The notes below the pieces were generated by a model that was not told where the DNA came from, did no database searches, and saw only the letters and a list, made by a program, of their open reading frames with translations. DNA of 64,000 nt from Eledone cirrhosa (taxonomy: Eukaryota): the NCBI GenBank assembly GCA_964016885.1, contig OZ024740.1, positions 434,310,001-434,374,000 of the forward strand, in the 5' to 3' direction. The translations under genes were made by a program, and so were the position numbers. Position 1 is the stretch's first letter. Each line of letters starts with the position of its first letter. Shown here in pieces: positions 23,066-37,220 of this stretch.

Positions 23066-25092
23066 ACACCACTGATAGTCTCCCTGTAATACTACACCAC
23101 TGATAGTCCCCCTGTAATACTACACCACTGATAGTCTCCCTGCAACACCACTGATAGTCTCCCTGTAATACTACACCACTGATAGTCCCCCTGTCACACC
23201 ACTGATAGTCTCCCTGCAACACCACTGATAGTCTCCCTGTAACACCACTGATAGTCTCCCTGCAACACCACTGATAGTCCCCCTGTAATACCACTGATAG
23301 TCCCCCTGTAACACCACTGATAGTCTCCCTGTAACACCACTGATAGTCTCCCTGTAATACCACTGATAGTCTCCCTGCAACACCACTGATCGGCCCCTGT
23401 AACACCACTGATAGTCTCCCTGCAACACCACTGATAGTCTCCCTGTAATACTACACCACTGATAGTCTCCCTGCAACACCACTGATAGTCCCCCTGTAAC
23501 ACCACTGATAGTCTCCCTGTAACACCACTGATAGTCTCCCTGCAACACCACTGATAGTCTCCCTGTAACACCACTGATAGTCTCCCTGCAACACCACTGA
23601 TAGTCTCCCTGCAACACCACTGATAGTCTCCCTGTAATACTACACCACTGATAGTCCCCCTGTAACACCACTGATAGTCTCCCTGCAACACCACTGATAG
23701 TCTCCCTGTAACACCACTGATAGTCTCCCTGCAACACCACTGATAGTCTCCCTGCAACACCACTGATAGTCTCCCTGTAACACCACTGATAGTCTCCCTG
23801 TAACACCACTGATAGTCTCCCTGCAACACCACTGATAGTCTCCCTGCAACACCACTGATAGTCTCCCTGTAACACCACTGATAGTCTCCCTGCAACACCA
23901 CTGATAGTCTCCCTGCAACACCACTGATAGTCTCCCTGCAACACCACTGATCGGCCCCTGTAACACCACTGATAGTCTCCCTGTAATACCACTGATAGTC
24001 TCCCTGTAACACCACTGATAGTCTCCCTGCAACACCACTGATAGTCTCCCTGCAACACCACTGATAGTCTCCCTGTAACACCACTGATAGTCTCCCTGTA
24101 ACACCACTGATAGTCTCCCTGCAACACCACTGATAGTCTCCCTGCAACACCACTGATAGTCTCCCTGTAACACCACTGATAGTCTCCCTGTAACACCACT
24201 GATAGTCTCCCTGCAACACCACTGATAGTCTCCCTGTAACACCACTGATAGTCTCCCTGTAACACCACTGATAGTCTCCCTGTAACACCACTGATAGTCC
24301 CCCTGTAACACCACTGATAGTCTCCCTGTAATACCACTGATAGTCTCCCTGTAACACCACTGATAGTCTCCCTGCAACACCACTGATAGTCTCCCTGTAA
24401 CACCACTGATAGTCTCCCTGTAACACCACTGATAGTCTCCCTGCAACACCACTGATAGTCTCCCTGTAACACCACTGATAGTCTCCCTGTAACACCACTG
24501 ATAGTCTCCCTGTAATACCACTGATAGTCTCCCTGTAACACCACTGATAGTCTCCCTGTAATACCACTGATAGTCTCCCTGCAACACCACTGATAGTCTC
24601 CCTGTAACACCACTGATAGTCTCCCTGTAACACCACTGATAGTCTCCCTGTAATACCACTGATAGTCTCCCTGCAACACCACTGATCGGCCCTTGTAACA
24701 CCACTGATAGTCTCCCTGTAACACCACTGATAGTCTCCCTGTAACACCACTGATAGTCTCGCTGTAACACCACTGATCGGCCCCTGTAACACCACTGATA
24801 GTCTCCCTGTAACACCACTGATAGTCTCCCTGTAACACCACTGATAGTCTCCCTGCAACACCACTGATCGGCCCCTGTAACACCACTGATCGGCCCCTGT
24901 AACACCACTGATAGTCTCCCTGTAACACCACTGATAGTCTCCCTGCAACACCACTGATCGGCCCCTGTAACACCACTGATAGTCTCCCTGTAACACCACT
25001 GATAGTCTCCCTGTAACACCACTGATAGTCTCGCTGTAACACCACTGATCGGCCCCTGTAACACCACTGATAGTCTCCCTGTAACACCACTG
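23066..25092. repeat. 23-bp minisatellite (acaccactgatagtctccctgta) with 22- and 28-bp variants
   Basis: ~2 kb array; the long minus-strand ORFs are artefacts of the repeat. Confidence 0.97.
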
Positions 25093-25242
25093 AAGATTAA
25101 GCTACAAACAATAGTTGTATAACATGTAATAGTTAGGCTTTGGAATGTAGTTAGAATTTGAATTAGTTCATTAATACACACCTTATTTCTTATGACAAAC
25201 TGGAATTTTTTATCCCCAAATACTTTCTTAATGTTTGTAAAG

Positions 25243-28200
25243 CTTTGGATAGCTTTAAATAAGATCTGATACTCTATAATGTTGTGGGTATATGGGTTAC
25301 AAGAGCAGTATTGGTCCTTTAGATAGCTTTAAACAGGATCTGATACTCTATAATGTTGTGGGTATATGGGTTACAAGAGCAGTATTGGTCCTTTAGATAG
25401 CTTTAAATAAGATCTGATACTCTATAATGTTGTGGGTATATGGGTTACAAGAGCAGTATTGGTCCTTTAGATAGCTTTAAACAGGATCTGATACTCTATA
25501 ATGTTGTGGGTATATGGGTTACAAGAGCAGTATTGGTCCTTTAGATAGCTTTAAACAGGATCTGATACTCTATAATGTTGTGGGTATATGGGTTACAAGA
25601 GCAGTATTGATCCTTTAGATAGCTTTAAACAGGATCTGATACTCTATAATGTTGTGGGTATATGGGTTACAAGAGCAGTATTGGTCCTTTAGATAGCTTT
25701 AAATAAGATCTGATACTCTATAATGTTGTGGGTATATGGGTTACAAGAGCAGTATTGGTCCTTTAGATAGCTTTAAATAAGATCTGATACTCTATAATGT
25801 TGTGGGTATATGGGTTACAAGAGCAGTATTGGTCCTTTGGATAGCTTTAAATAAGATCTGATACTCTATAATGTTGTGGGTATATGGGTTACAAGAGCAG
25901 TATTGGTCCTTTAGATAGCTTTAAACAGGATCTGATACTCTATAATGTTGTGGGTATATGGGTTACAAGAGCAGTATTGGTCCTTTAGATAGCTTTAAAC
26001 AGGATCTGATACTCTATAATGTTGTGGGTATATGGGTTACAAGAGCAGTATTGGTCCTTTAGATAGCTTTAAATAAGATCTGATACTCTATAATGTTGTG
26101 GGTATATGGGTTACAAGAGCAGTATTGGTCCTTTAGATAGCTTTAAATAAGATCTGATACTCTATAATGTTGTGGGTATATGGGTTACAAGAGCAGTATT
26201 GGTCCTTTAGATAGCTTTAAATAAGATCTGATACTCTATAATGTTGTGGGTATATGGGTTACAAGAGCAGTATTGGTCCTTTAGATAGCTTTAAATAAGA
26301 TCTGATACTCTATAATGTTGTGGGTATATGGGTTACAAGAGCAGTATTGGTCCTTTAGATAGCTTTAAATAAGATCTGATACTCTATAATGTTGTGGGTA
26401 TATGGGTTACAAGAGCAGTATTGGTCCTTTAGATAGCTTTAAACAGGATCTGATACTCTATAATGTTGTGGGTATATGGGTTACAAGAGCAGTATTGGTC
26501 CTTTAGATAGCTTTAAATAAGATCTGATACTCTATAATGTTGTGGGTATATGGGTTACAAGAGCAGTATTGGTCCTTTAGATAGCTTTAAACAGGATCTG
26601 ATACTCTATAATGTTGTGGGTATATGGGTTACAAGAGCAGTATTGGTCCTTTAGATAGCTTTAAATAAGATCTGATACTCTATAATGTTGTGGGTATATG
26701 GGTTACAAGAGCAGTATTGGTCCTTTAGATAGCTTTAAATAAGATCTGATACTCTATAATGTTGTGGGTATATGGGTTACAAGAGCAGTATTGGTCCTTT
26801 AGATAGCTTTAAATAAGATCTGATACTCTATAATGTTGTGGGTATATGGGTTACAAGAGCAGTATTGGTCCTTTAGATAGCTTTAAACAGGATCTGATAC
26901 TCTATAATGTTGTGGGTATATGGGTTACAAGAGCAGTATTGGTCCTTTAGATAGCTTTAAACAGGATCTGATACTCTATAATGTTGTGGGTATATGGGTT
27001 ACAAGAGCAGTATTGGTCCTTTAGATAGCTTTAAATAAGATCTGATACTCTATAATGTTGTGGGTATATGGGTTACAAGAGCAGTATTGGTCCTTTAGAT
27101 AGCTTTAAACAGGATCTGATACTCTATAATGTTGTGGGTATATGGGTTACAAGAGCAGTATTGGTCCTTTAGATAGCTTTAAACAGGATCTGATACTCTA
27201 TAATGTTGTGGGTATATGGGTTACAAGAGCAGTATTGGTCCTTTAGATAGCTTTAAATAAGATCTGATACTCTATAATGTTGTGGGTATATGGGTTACAA
27301 GAGCAGTATTGGTCCTTTAGATAGCTTTAAACAGGATCTGATACTCTATAATGTTGTGGGTATATGGGTTACAAGAGCAGTATTGGTCCTTTAGATAGCT
27401 TTAAATAAGATCTGATACTCTATAATGTTGTGGGTATATGGGTTACAAGAGCAGTATTGGTCCTTTAGATAGCTTTAAATAAGATCTGATACTCTATAAT
27501 GTTGTGGGTATATGGGTTACAAGAGCAGTATTGGTCCTTTAGATAGCTTTAAATAAGATCTGATACTCTATAATGTTGTGGGTATATGGGTTACAAGAGC
27601 AGTATTGGTCCTTTGGATAGCTTTAAATAAGATCTGATACTCTATAATGTTGTGGGTATATGGGTTACAAGAGCAGTATTGGTCCTTTAGATAGCTTTAA
27701 ACAGGATCTGATACTCTATAATGTTGTGGGTATATGGGTTACAAGAGCAGTATTGGTCCTTTAGATAGCTTTAAACAGGATCTGATACTCTATAATGTTG
27801 TGGGTATATGGGTTACAAGAGCAGTATTGGTCCTTTGGATAGCTTTAAACAGGATCTGATACTCTATAATGTTGTGGGTATATGGGTTACAAGAGCAGTA
27901 TTGGTCCTTTAGATAGCTTTAAATAGGATCTGATACTCTATAATGTTGTGGGTATATGGGTTACAAGAGCAGTATTGGTCCTTTAGATAGCTTTAAATAA
28001 GATCTGATACTCTATAATGTTGTGGGTATATGGGTTACAAGAGCAGTATTGGTCCTTTAGATAGCTTTAAACAGGATCTGATACTCTATAATGTTGTGGG
28101 TATATGGGTTACAAGAGCAGTATTGGTCCTTTAGATAGCTTTAAACAGGATCTGATACTCTATAATGTTGTGGGTATATGGGTTACAAGAGCAGTATTGG

Positions 28201-29461
28201 TCCTTTAGATAGCTTTAAATAAGATCTGATACTCTATAATGTTGTGGGTATATGGGTTACAAGAGCAGTATTGGTCCTTTAGATAGCTTTAAACAGGATC
28301 TGATACTCTATAATGTTGTGGGTATATGGGTTACAAGAGCAGTATTGGTCCTTTAGATAGCTTTAAATAAGATCTGATACTCTATAATGTTGTGGGTATA
28401 TGGGTTACAAGAGCAGTATTGGTCCTTTAGATAGCTTTAAACAGGATCTGATACTCTATAATGTTGTGGGTATATGGGTTACAAGAGCAGTATTGGTCCT
28501 TTAGATAGCTTTAAACAGGATCTGATACTCTATAATGTTGTGGGTATATGGGTTACAAGAGCAGTATTGGTCCTTTAGATAGCTTTAAACAGGATCTGAT
28601 ACTCTATAATGTTGTGGGTATATGGGTTACAAGAGCAGTATTGATCCTTTAGATAGCTTTAAATAAGATCTGATACTCTATAATGTTGTGGGTATATGGG
28701 TTACAAGAGCAGTATTGGTCCTTTAGATAGCTTTAAATAAGATCTGATACTCTATAATGTTGTGGGTATATGGGTTACAAGAGCAGTATTGGTCCTTTAG
28801 ATAGCTTTAAACAGGATCTGATACTCTATAATGTTGTGGGTATATGGGTTACAAGAGCAGTATTGGTCCTTTAGATAGCTTTAAATAGGATCTGATACTC
28901 TATAATGTTGTGGGTATATGGGTTACAAGAGCAGTATTGGTCCTTTAGATAGCTTTAAACAGGATCTGATACTCTATAATGTTGTGGGTATATGGGTTAC
29001 AAGAGCAGTATTGGTCCTTTAGATAGCTTTAAATAAGATCTGATACTCTATAATGTTGTGGGTATATGGGTTACAAGAGCAGTATTGGTCCTTTAGATAG
29101 CTTTAAATAAGATCTGATACTCTATAATGTTGTGGGTATATGGGTTACAAGAGCAGTATTGGTCCTTTAGATAGCTTTAAACAGGATCTGATACTCTATA
29201 ATGTTGTGGGTATATGGGTTACAAGAGCAGTATTGGTCCTTTAGATAGCTTTAAACAGGATCTGATACTCTATAATGTTGTGGGTATATGGGTTACAAGA
29301 GCAGTATTGGTCCTTTAGATAGCTTTAAATAGGATCTGATACTCTATAATGTTGTGGGTATATGGGTTACAAGAGCAGTATTGGTCCTTTAGATAGCTTT
29401 AAACAAGATCTGATACTCTATAATGTTGTGGGTATATGGGTTACAAGAGCAGTATTGGTCC
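25243..29461. repeat. 74-bp tandem array (~57 copies)
   Basis: ctttagatagctttaaa(taa/cag)gatctgatactctataatgttgtgggtatatgggttacaagagcagtattggtc, almost invariant. Confidence 0.98.
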
Positions 29462-29562
29462 TGAATGAAGCTTCTTAAAAACAAAATTAGGATAGGCAGT
29501 TAATTCAGTGTGAATTTAGTAAACATGTGGATGTTCACCAAGATTCTGTCTGGGTGAGTTGG

Positions 29563-30399
29563 TGAACACTCAGTTGTTGTTGGAATCACAGAGTATAGCT
29601 TGAACACTCAGTTGTTGTTGGAATCACAGAGTATAGCTTGAACACTCAGTTGTTGTTGGAATCACAGAGTATAGCTTGAACACTCAGTTGTTGTTGGAAT
29701 CACAGAGTATAGCTTGAACACTCAGTTGTTGTTGGAATCACAGAGTATAGCTTGAACACTCAGTTGTTGTTGGAATCACAGAGTATAGCTTGAACACTCA
29801 GTTGTTGTTGGAATCACAGAGTATAGCTTGAACACTCAGTTGTTGGGGGAATCATAGAGTATAGCTTGAACACTCAGTTGTTGTTGGAATCACAGAGTAT
29901 AGCTTGAACACTCAGTTGTTGTTGGAATCACAGAGTATAGCTTGAACACTCAGTTGTTGGGGGAATCATAGAGTATAGCTTGAACACTCAGTTGTTGTTG
30001 GAATCACAGAGTATAGCTTGAACACTCAGTTGTTGTTGGAATCACAGAGTATAGCTTGAACACTCAGTTGTTGTTGGAATCACAGAGTATAGCTTGAACA
30101 CTCAGTTGTTGTTGGAATCACAGAGTATAGCTTGAACACTCAGTTGTTGTTGGAATCACAGAGTATAGCTTGAACACTCAGTTGTTGTTGGAATCACAGA
30201 GTATAGCTTGAACACTCAGTTGTTGTTGGAATCACAGAGTATAGCTTGAACACTCAGTTGTTGGGGGAATCATAGAGTATAGCTTGAACACTCAGTTGTT
30301 GTTGGAATCACAGAGTATAGCTTGAACACTCAGTTGTTGTTGGAATCACAGAGTATAGCTTGAACACTCAGTTGTTGGGGGAATTATAGAGTATAGCTT
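29563..30399. repeat. 38-bp tandem array (~22 copies)
   Basis: tgaacactcagttgttgttggaatcacagagtatagct, with a ggggg/cata variant. Confidence 0.97.
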
Positions 30400-31009
30400 T
30401 GGAGTGGATGTTCTTGAAAATATTTATAAAACATCAAATATTTGTAAAACATCAAATATAATCGGAAAGGAAGAGGATGGAGGTACAAACTGTACTGTCC
30501 CAGGGGTGTATGTGTGTGCATGTATGGAGGTACAGACTAGACTGTACCTGACTGTTCTGTCCCAGAGTGGTTGATCAATTATAACTTAGATAATCACTAA
30601 TTGTCTAAAATCTAGTCTCAAGTCTGGTGCCTCATCTGGTCAGTACTGATCCCAGCTTCTGTGGTGTGAAGTGACTGACAGTACATGACATCCCCCTGGG
30701 CAGGACACCAGTCTATCACAGGGTTAAAGTCTGTCATATGCCTGGTGCCTCATCTGGTCAGTACTGATCCCAGCTTCTGTGGTGTAAAGTAACTGAAAGA
30801 GGGATGGGATATTATCTGACTGAAAAAGGAAATCAAAACTTTAAGATCCTTTCTCATAACCTGGCACTAGAAAGCAATATAAAATACCAAAAATAAATAG
30901 TATGACTAAACTTCTTACACTAAATTGTATTCTGATATAAAGTTAGATTCACCAAGTTAGCATCTGCTCTGAATTCCAATATAAATTTTTGAAATATAAT
31001 CAACATTTG

Positions 31010-31380
31010 CATCATCATCATTTGTCTCTTTCCCACAGCATGGGTTAGACAGGTTGTCCCATTTGGGGCAAGTCAGGTCAGGTGACTGTCTTGCTCATAC
31101 AGAACTGTTTCTGGCTTGGTTTCTATGACTGGATGCCCGTCCTAATGTCAACCACTTTACAGTGTGGACTGGGTGCTTTTTGTCGTGACACCTACACGAC
31201 CACTTTACAGTGTGGACTAGGTGCTTTTTGTTGTGACACACTATCACTTTATAGTGTGGATTGGGTGCTTTTTGTCGTGACACCTACACGACCACCTTAC
31301 AGCGTGGACTAGGTGCTTTTTGTTGTGACACTTGCATGACCACTTTACAATGTGGACTGGGTACTTTTTGTTGAGACACA
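31010..31380 (-). repeat. RTE-3'UTR-like element with ~48-bp internal tandem repeats
   Basis: accactttacagtgtggactgggtgctttttgtcgtgacacctacacg x~5; (CAT)n tail at ~31010. Confidence 0.7.
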
Positions 31381-31764
31381 TTATTCTTAAGATTGTATCA
31401 TTATAGAAAGGTTTTGTTGTTATTTAGATGGTCTAGTAACTAGACCATCTAAAGATTTTTTTCCTTGATAACAGACTCTTTTCCTTAAAATATCATATTC
31501 TGTGAAATATTACTGGAATTCTACAATAAATTCTCCTTCTTAGCACTTAATATTACTATAGGTCATCAAACTACTAGCTGGTGCTCACAGTGAAGCTGTA
31601 ACAGAACTTATCAACTAATTTTTTAGGTGTTTTACTGGGTGAAGCAGAGTTGTGTACCTTGACAAAGAAAACATAGCTTCAATAGAAAAGTTTGAATGAC
31701 AGGCAACACATCATCCTGCAACTGTATGTTTACGCGCGCGCGCGCGTGTGCGTGTGTGTGTGTG

Positions 31765-33380
31765 TCATCATCATCATCGTTTAACGTCTATCTTCCACGC
31801 TAGCATGGGTTTGGACGGGAATTTTCCCAGTTGAGGCAAGATTGGTTGTCTTGCTCGTATAGAACTGTCTGGCGGGTTTTCTATGGCTGGATGCCCTTCC
31901 TAACACCAACCACATTTACAGTGTGGACTGGGAGGTTTTTACTGTGTTTTACTTATTGCACCTGAGCACCGGCCACATATAAAATCTATATTCTTAGTTA
32001 GCTTACCTGTGATCCCACTACATCTTTTATGCACCCATACTTTGCATTTGGGACATAAAATGGAATTTCTACCGACTCCTTTCCTACATACTGAGCATGG
32101 CCATTTCCCAGATGGGACCAGTGCCCTATTTTCCTTCCTACAAACTAGAACTTTAGTCTTAGACAGGTTAATTTTAAGGCCTTTTGATTCTAGGCCATGC
32201 TTCCATGTTTGGAATTTCTTCTCTAGTTCAGCCATTGATTCAGCTATGAGCGTTAGATCATCTGCGTATAGGAGTTCCCATGGGCAGCCGGTCTTGAACT
32301 CCACTGTTATAGCCTGAAGGGCAATAATAAATAGTAGGGGGCTAAGAACGGAGCCCTGATGAACACCAACTTTTACGCTAAACTCTTCACTATATTCGTT
32401 GTTAATTCTAACCTTGCTGACTGCTTCTTTATACATGGCTTGTATAGCTCTCACAAGCCATTCATCAACACCTAGTTTTCTAAGAGCCCACCAGATAATG
32501 GAACGGGAGACTCTGTCAAAGGCTTTCTCCAAGTCGACAAAAGCTAAGTATAGGGGTTTACTTTTAGCTAGGTACTTCTATAGTTGTCGTACAATGAAAA
32601 GAGCGTCTGTGGTACTTTTACCTGACACAAACCCGAACTGCATTTCATCTAGATCAATTCGCTCTCTGATTAGTTGCACTATTACTTTTTCTGTGACCTT
32701 CATGACCTGGTCGATTAATTTAATGCCTCTATAGTTACCCCTATCTAGAGCATCTCCTTTATCTTTGTAGCATTCTGTATGACTTGGTTTACTATCCGGG
32801 TGACCATGGTGTGTCCCACTGTTCCAGAAGCTTTCAGCATTTCAGCAACTATTTCCGAAGGCCCAGCCGCCTTACCCGTCTTCATATCTTTGATTGCCTT
32901 ACTTATTATACTACCTTCAACTAGCACTGCTGGTCCCTCTATTGGGTCAATGTTGGGGAGACTGTCTTTCTCCCATTTATTCTCCTCATTTAGTAGCCTC
33001 TCGTAGTGACACTTCCAAGCTACCTTCTTATCAGCGTCAGTGATGGCAAGTACACCATCATCATTAAGGACACACTTCTCCCCGACAATATCACGGTTTT
33101 CCTTGACACATTGCTTAGCAATCCTGAACACCTCACGTTTTTGGTCCTTGCGTTGTAGAACATGCTTGAACTTTGTTTCCTCTGCTTCCCTTCTTGCGAA
33201 GTACACTTGTCTCCTAGCTTCCCTCCTGGCCATTTGATAGTCTTCTCTACTTCGCCCATCCCGCCATACTTTCCAAGCCTGCTTTTTGGCCTTAATTGAC
33301 TCCTCCACCTGGTATGTTCCCCTGATCTGTAGGTGATCAAGTGATTGTCTCGTTTTTTGAAGTTAGTGTTACAGATAACT
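31765..33380 (-). mobile_element. RTE LINE family 2, 3' part with internal deletions
   Basis: DLEKAFDRV, GVHQGSVLSP, LLYADDL, KWPCSVCRKGVG...CPKC...HKRC; 3' UTR with (ATG)n tail. Confidence 0.9.
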
Positions 33381-36300
33381 TTCTTTTTATTTGCCACCAG
33401 GGCATCAAAAAGTGGGACAAGTACAATGGGGGGAGTTTACAAAACAAGGCGTCCTCAATAAGGAGGAGGCAATAACAAAATATAAAAATAAAATAAAATA
33501 TAACAAAATAAATTTTATAACAAAATCCTCCATAGGGAGGAGGCGCCTTGGGGGGGTTGCACTCACCCCCGAAAGAAAGTGTGCAACCCTTCTCCTCAGG
33601 AGCACAGAGAGGGGGTGCTCCCTTGGTCTTTCATCTTCCTCACCTATAGTCTGATGTAGAGTGAAGGCCCATTCACACGGGCCATTCTCGCCACTTTCAC
33701 CCATCTTTCATAAAAACGGCTGGGGTGCAGCACCTCTCTCTCCATCCTGATCCTTCTTCCGAAATGATATCGGAAGAAATGGACCAGTTGTTGGCCAGAG
33801 AGAAAGGTGCCTGACCTCAGTCCTTTCAGATGCGTCCACCATACAACCTCTTTCGCCATGGCTATTACGCACAGAAACACCGCCTCTCCTTCGTCTTTGA
33901 AGAGTGGTGGCGGCTTGATCGTTACAATAGACTCGGTGGTCAACTGGATCGGTCCCACCCTTGACATCAGTTGTTCGACATAGCCCCACAGATCAGCAAT
34001 GCCTGAGCAGTGTACCAATGCGTGTGCAACGGTTTCCTCGCACAGATCTTTTTCGAGGGGTCCCTACCCGGGCACCCGTGTCTGTAGAGCCTTTCTCAAA
34101 TGGGCAGAGCCTCTCGGTAGCACTGCCAGGCCAGGGACCTCTGGAAGTTATCCATGGGTCCCGGGCTGAATGTCCTACCGAACAGGTTGGCCAGTTCGTT
34201 TTCCTCCATGTCTAGGGCTTCTCCGAAGGCGTCATCGCACCTGCTAACCACCAGCCCTCTATAGAATGACGAGGTGGATTCTCCACTGACAGCCGGGTCC
34301 GCCTGCCAGAGAGCCGTGAGCACCTGGGCACACTCGGTGTGCCAGGCGCCCAGTTTTCTCGGTCTTTGCTTGACCCAGGATTGCAGCTCGGTGAGTGAGA
34401 CGAGTCTGGGAAAGGCTCGCCTCACAAACGGGGCCCACACCGGTTGACCGGTGAGGAATACCTGGAGGTGCCGTAGCCTTAATGCGTGTTTATGTATCAT
34501 TAGCCACGGAATCCCCAGCCCTCCTTTCGAAGGGTGTTGACAGCAGATGGATCTCCTCACCATAGGAGCCCGCTTCTTCCAAAGGAATTGGAAGAGTGCG
34601 CACTCCATTTTGGCGAGCGTTTCCCTTGGGCAAGGCACAACGGTCAGGTGGTAGTAGATGACGGACGCTATATAAGTGTTCGCCACCTCCGCCCGACCTT
34701 TCAGGGACAGTTTGCACTCGGCCCACTTCTGGGTCAGTCCAAACACCCTGTTCGTTCCTCACCCCAGTTCTTCTCCACCTGGAGGTCTGGTCCGAACCAG
34801 ACCCCGAGCAACTTCACCGGGCCCTCCGTCCAGCGCCCGATGCCGTCATCGGAGGGCATCGATCTGCCCCTCCACGTGCCGAGTTGCAGACCGATCGACT
34901 TGTCCCGGTTCAGCTTAGCCCCTGTAAACCTTTTGTACTCCTCCAGTAAGGTGCCGATCGCCCCGATTTCCGAGACCGTCAACACCATTACTGTTACGTC
35001 ATCGGCGTAGGCCGACACCGCTTTCCGCAATCCCGGTTCCAACGGGATGCCCTGCAACAACTCCAACTTCTGCAGCAGTGGCTCTAGAGTCATTACATAC
35101 AGAAGGGAGGAGAGAGGGCACCCTTGTCGGATGGACCGCGCGATTTCGAACGGCTCCGAGAGGTAGCCGTTCACCTTGACCCTAGAGCAGATGCGGCTGC
35201 TGTGCATGGCATTGATCCAGCCCCTGAAAACGGGTCCGAAGCCTGCTGCCGCTAGCACCGCATCCAGGTAACCATGGTCGACCCTATCGAACGCCTTAGA
35301 TTGATCCAAGTTGATCAGGGCCCCACCAAAGCCGGGTTCGTTCACAACCCTCTCTATGATGTATTGCATGAGGTGGAGGTTGTCGTGGATGGATCTGGAC
35401 GGGATAGCACATGTCTGCGCATCTCCCACCTGGTTGCCCACGACAAGCGCCAACCTCTTTGCTAGCACCTTGGCCAAAATCTGTAACTCTGTATTTAGCA
35501 GAGTTATGGGCCTGAAATTATTCATATCGTCCCCCTTGTTCTCGTCCTTCCTCACTAGCGTGACTACGCCCTTGGTCACAGCACAGGGAATTCTCCCGTT
35601 CTGTTGCCAGTTGCAGTAGACCGCCTCGAGGAGATCGGAGAACAAGTCTGGCATAGCTAGATATAGTTCATATTGTGACCTGAGGTCATTTAGAAGCATT
35701 GCTTGCTTCCAAGTTGAGCCCAGGCCACGCAAATTTAGACAGCCTACTCTTAGCATAGCCATGTTGGTGGTGAAGAGAAAAGGCACTTACCTCTCTGCGT
35801 CCCGGGTATCGGGCTGCACAATTTCCATGAGGGTGGGGGATGGGTTGTTGGGTGGGGTGGTGGTTTGTGGAAGTGTAGGGGCATCAGTGTGTTTGGGGTG
35901 TTTGGAGTTGTGTGGGTGTTTGAGGAGGGGGTGGGGTAATTTTTTAGGAGGATGTGGTTAATGGGCCCGACGCAGGGGGGCCCACGTCCTCTTTAAAGTT
36001 GTTTTTAGTGTTTTATATGTGTCCTCTGGGGCCTTAATCATTTTGAGGTGGGGGAAATCCCCTGCCTGGGTGAAGTTAGGCCCTTGGGTTTTTATCAAAT
36101 TGTTGTTGTACACAATGTTTAACAGTTTTTTGTTTCTTGTGTTTATGTATGTGTATGCATGTTTTTGTTTTTGTGTGGTGTTTTTTGTTTGCTGTTGTTG
36201 TGAGCTCTTTTGTGTTGGTGTCAGTGTTGTGTTTTGGGGAGGGGTTGTTTTCATTTGTGTGTCTGAGGTGTGTTTTCTTTTTTTTCTTTTGATTGTGTGG

Positions 36301-37220
36301 AAGTGCTCCTCCTCGTCTGACGACAAACGAGGGTCATCTTCCGCGTTGGAGGGGAGGGGTATATTTTCGGACTGTGTTTGCGGTGCGGGTGTTTTGGAAA
36401 TTGTTTTTTTTTTGAGTGGGGGGGATGGGTTGGACATTGTTTTGTTTTGAGCTGTGGTTGTTGTTTTTGTAGCGATGGTTGTGATGATTGTGTTGGTTGT
36501 GCAGTTGTTGGTGGTGTAGGCAGGATTGGGGTTTTCTTATTAAGTTGAGGACAGACAGCCCTCAGGTGACCTCTGGTTCCACAGAGGTAACATGAGGGCC
36601 GCTTACCCTCAACGGTAATGTTGATAAAAGTTTGATCATCCAGTATGATGCGTTCAGGGATCTGGGTGATCCTTTCTGGCCTCATTTGAACTACAAGTTT
36701 GAGGCTCGTTCCACTGAACGCGTCACCTGATGCCTTTCCTATGGATATTAGTGTGTCATCATCCAGGTTCAGGAAACCTGTCAATACCCACCATATGTCC
36801 ATAATCGGCAGGATGGTGTGGATTTTTATTTTTTGTGTCCTTCGACCCATGTACGTAGGGTAGAAGGTGTATGCGGTGGATGTAATTGGTTTTATGGACA
36901 GTTTCACTGCTGTGTCCCTGTCCTTCATGAGAATGGATAGACTCCCGTAGAGTCTATCCTTCTGAATGAATGTGATGTCTTTCATGACGTCTTTTAAAAC
37001 CAGCTCTATCTCACTCTGTGATGGTTGAGCTGGTTTTTTGCTTTTGTTTGAGATTGTCCTAAACATGACAGTGCTTAGGAGTCTCTGGCTTTTTAGTTCC
37101 GGAGGGGAGTGGATCGAAAATGCACCATTTTCCCCGTACATTATGTATTTTTTGGCATCTGCCAGTAGCTCCTTCACATTGGTTATATCTACTGGCAGAT
37201 AGTCGAGGGTTTTCCTTGCC
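33381..37220 (-). mobile_element. L1/Tx1-clade LINE, internally deleted, nested in the RTE endonuclease
   Basis: ORF1 with CCHC knuckle CYLCGTRGHLRAVC. ORF2 LRVGCLNLRGL is fused to the RT (NFRPITLLN, LDQSKAFDRV, RQGCPLS, AYADDV). 3' end aataaaaagaa. Confidence 0.88.

Noticed and set aside
23171-25181. 500-640 aa minus-strand ORFs
   Set aside because: All three frames are open only because the 23-bp unit lacks stops on that strand; there is no domain content.
25243-30399. CRISPR-like appearance of regular repeats
   Set aside because: No unique spacers, no cas genes, eukaryotic context; these are plain tandem repeats.
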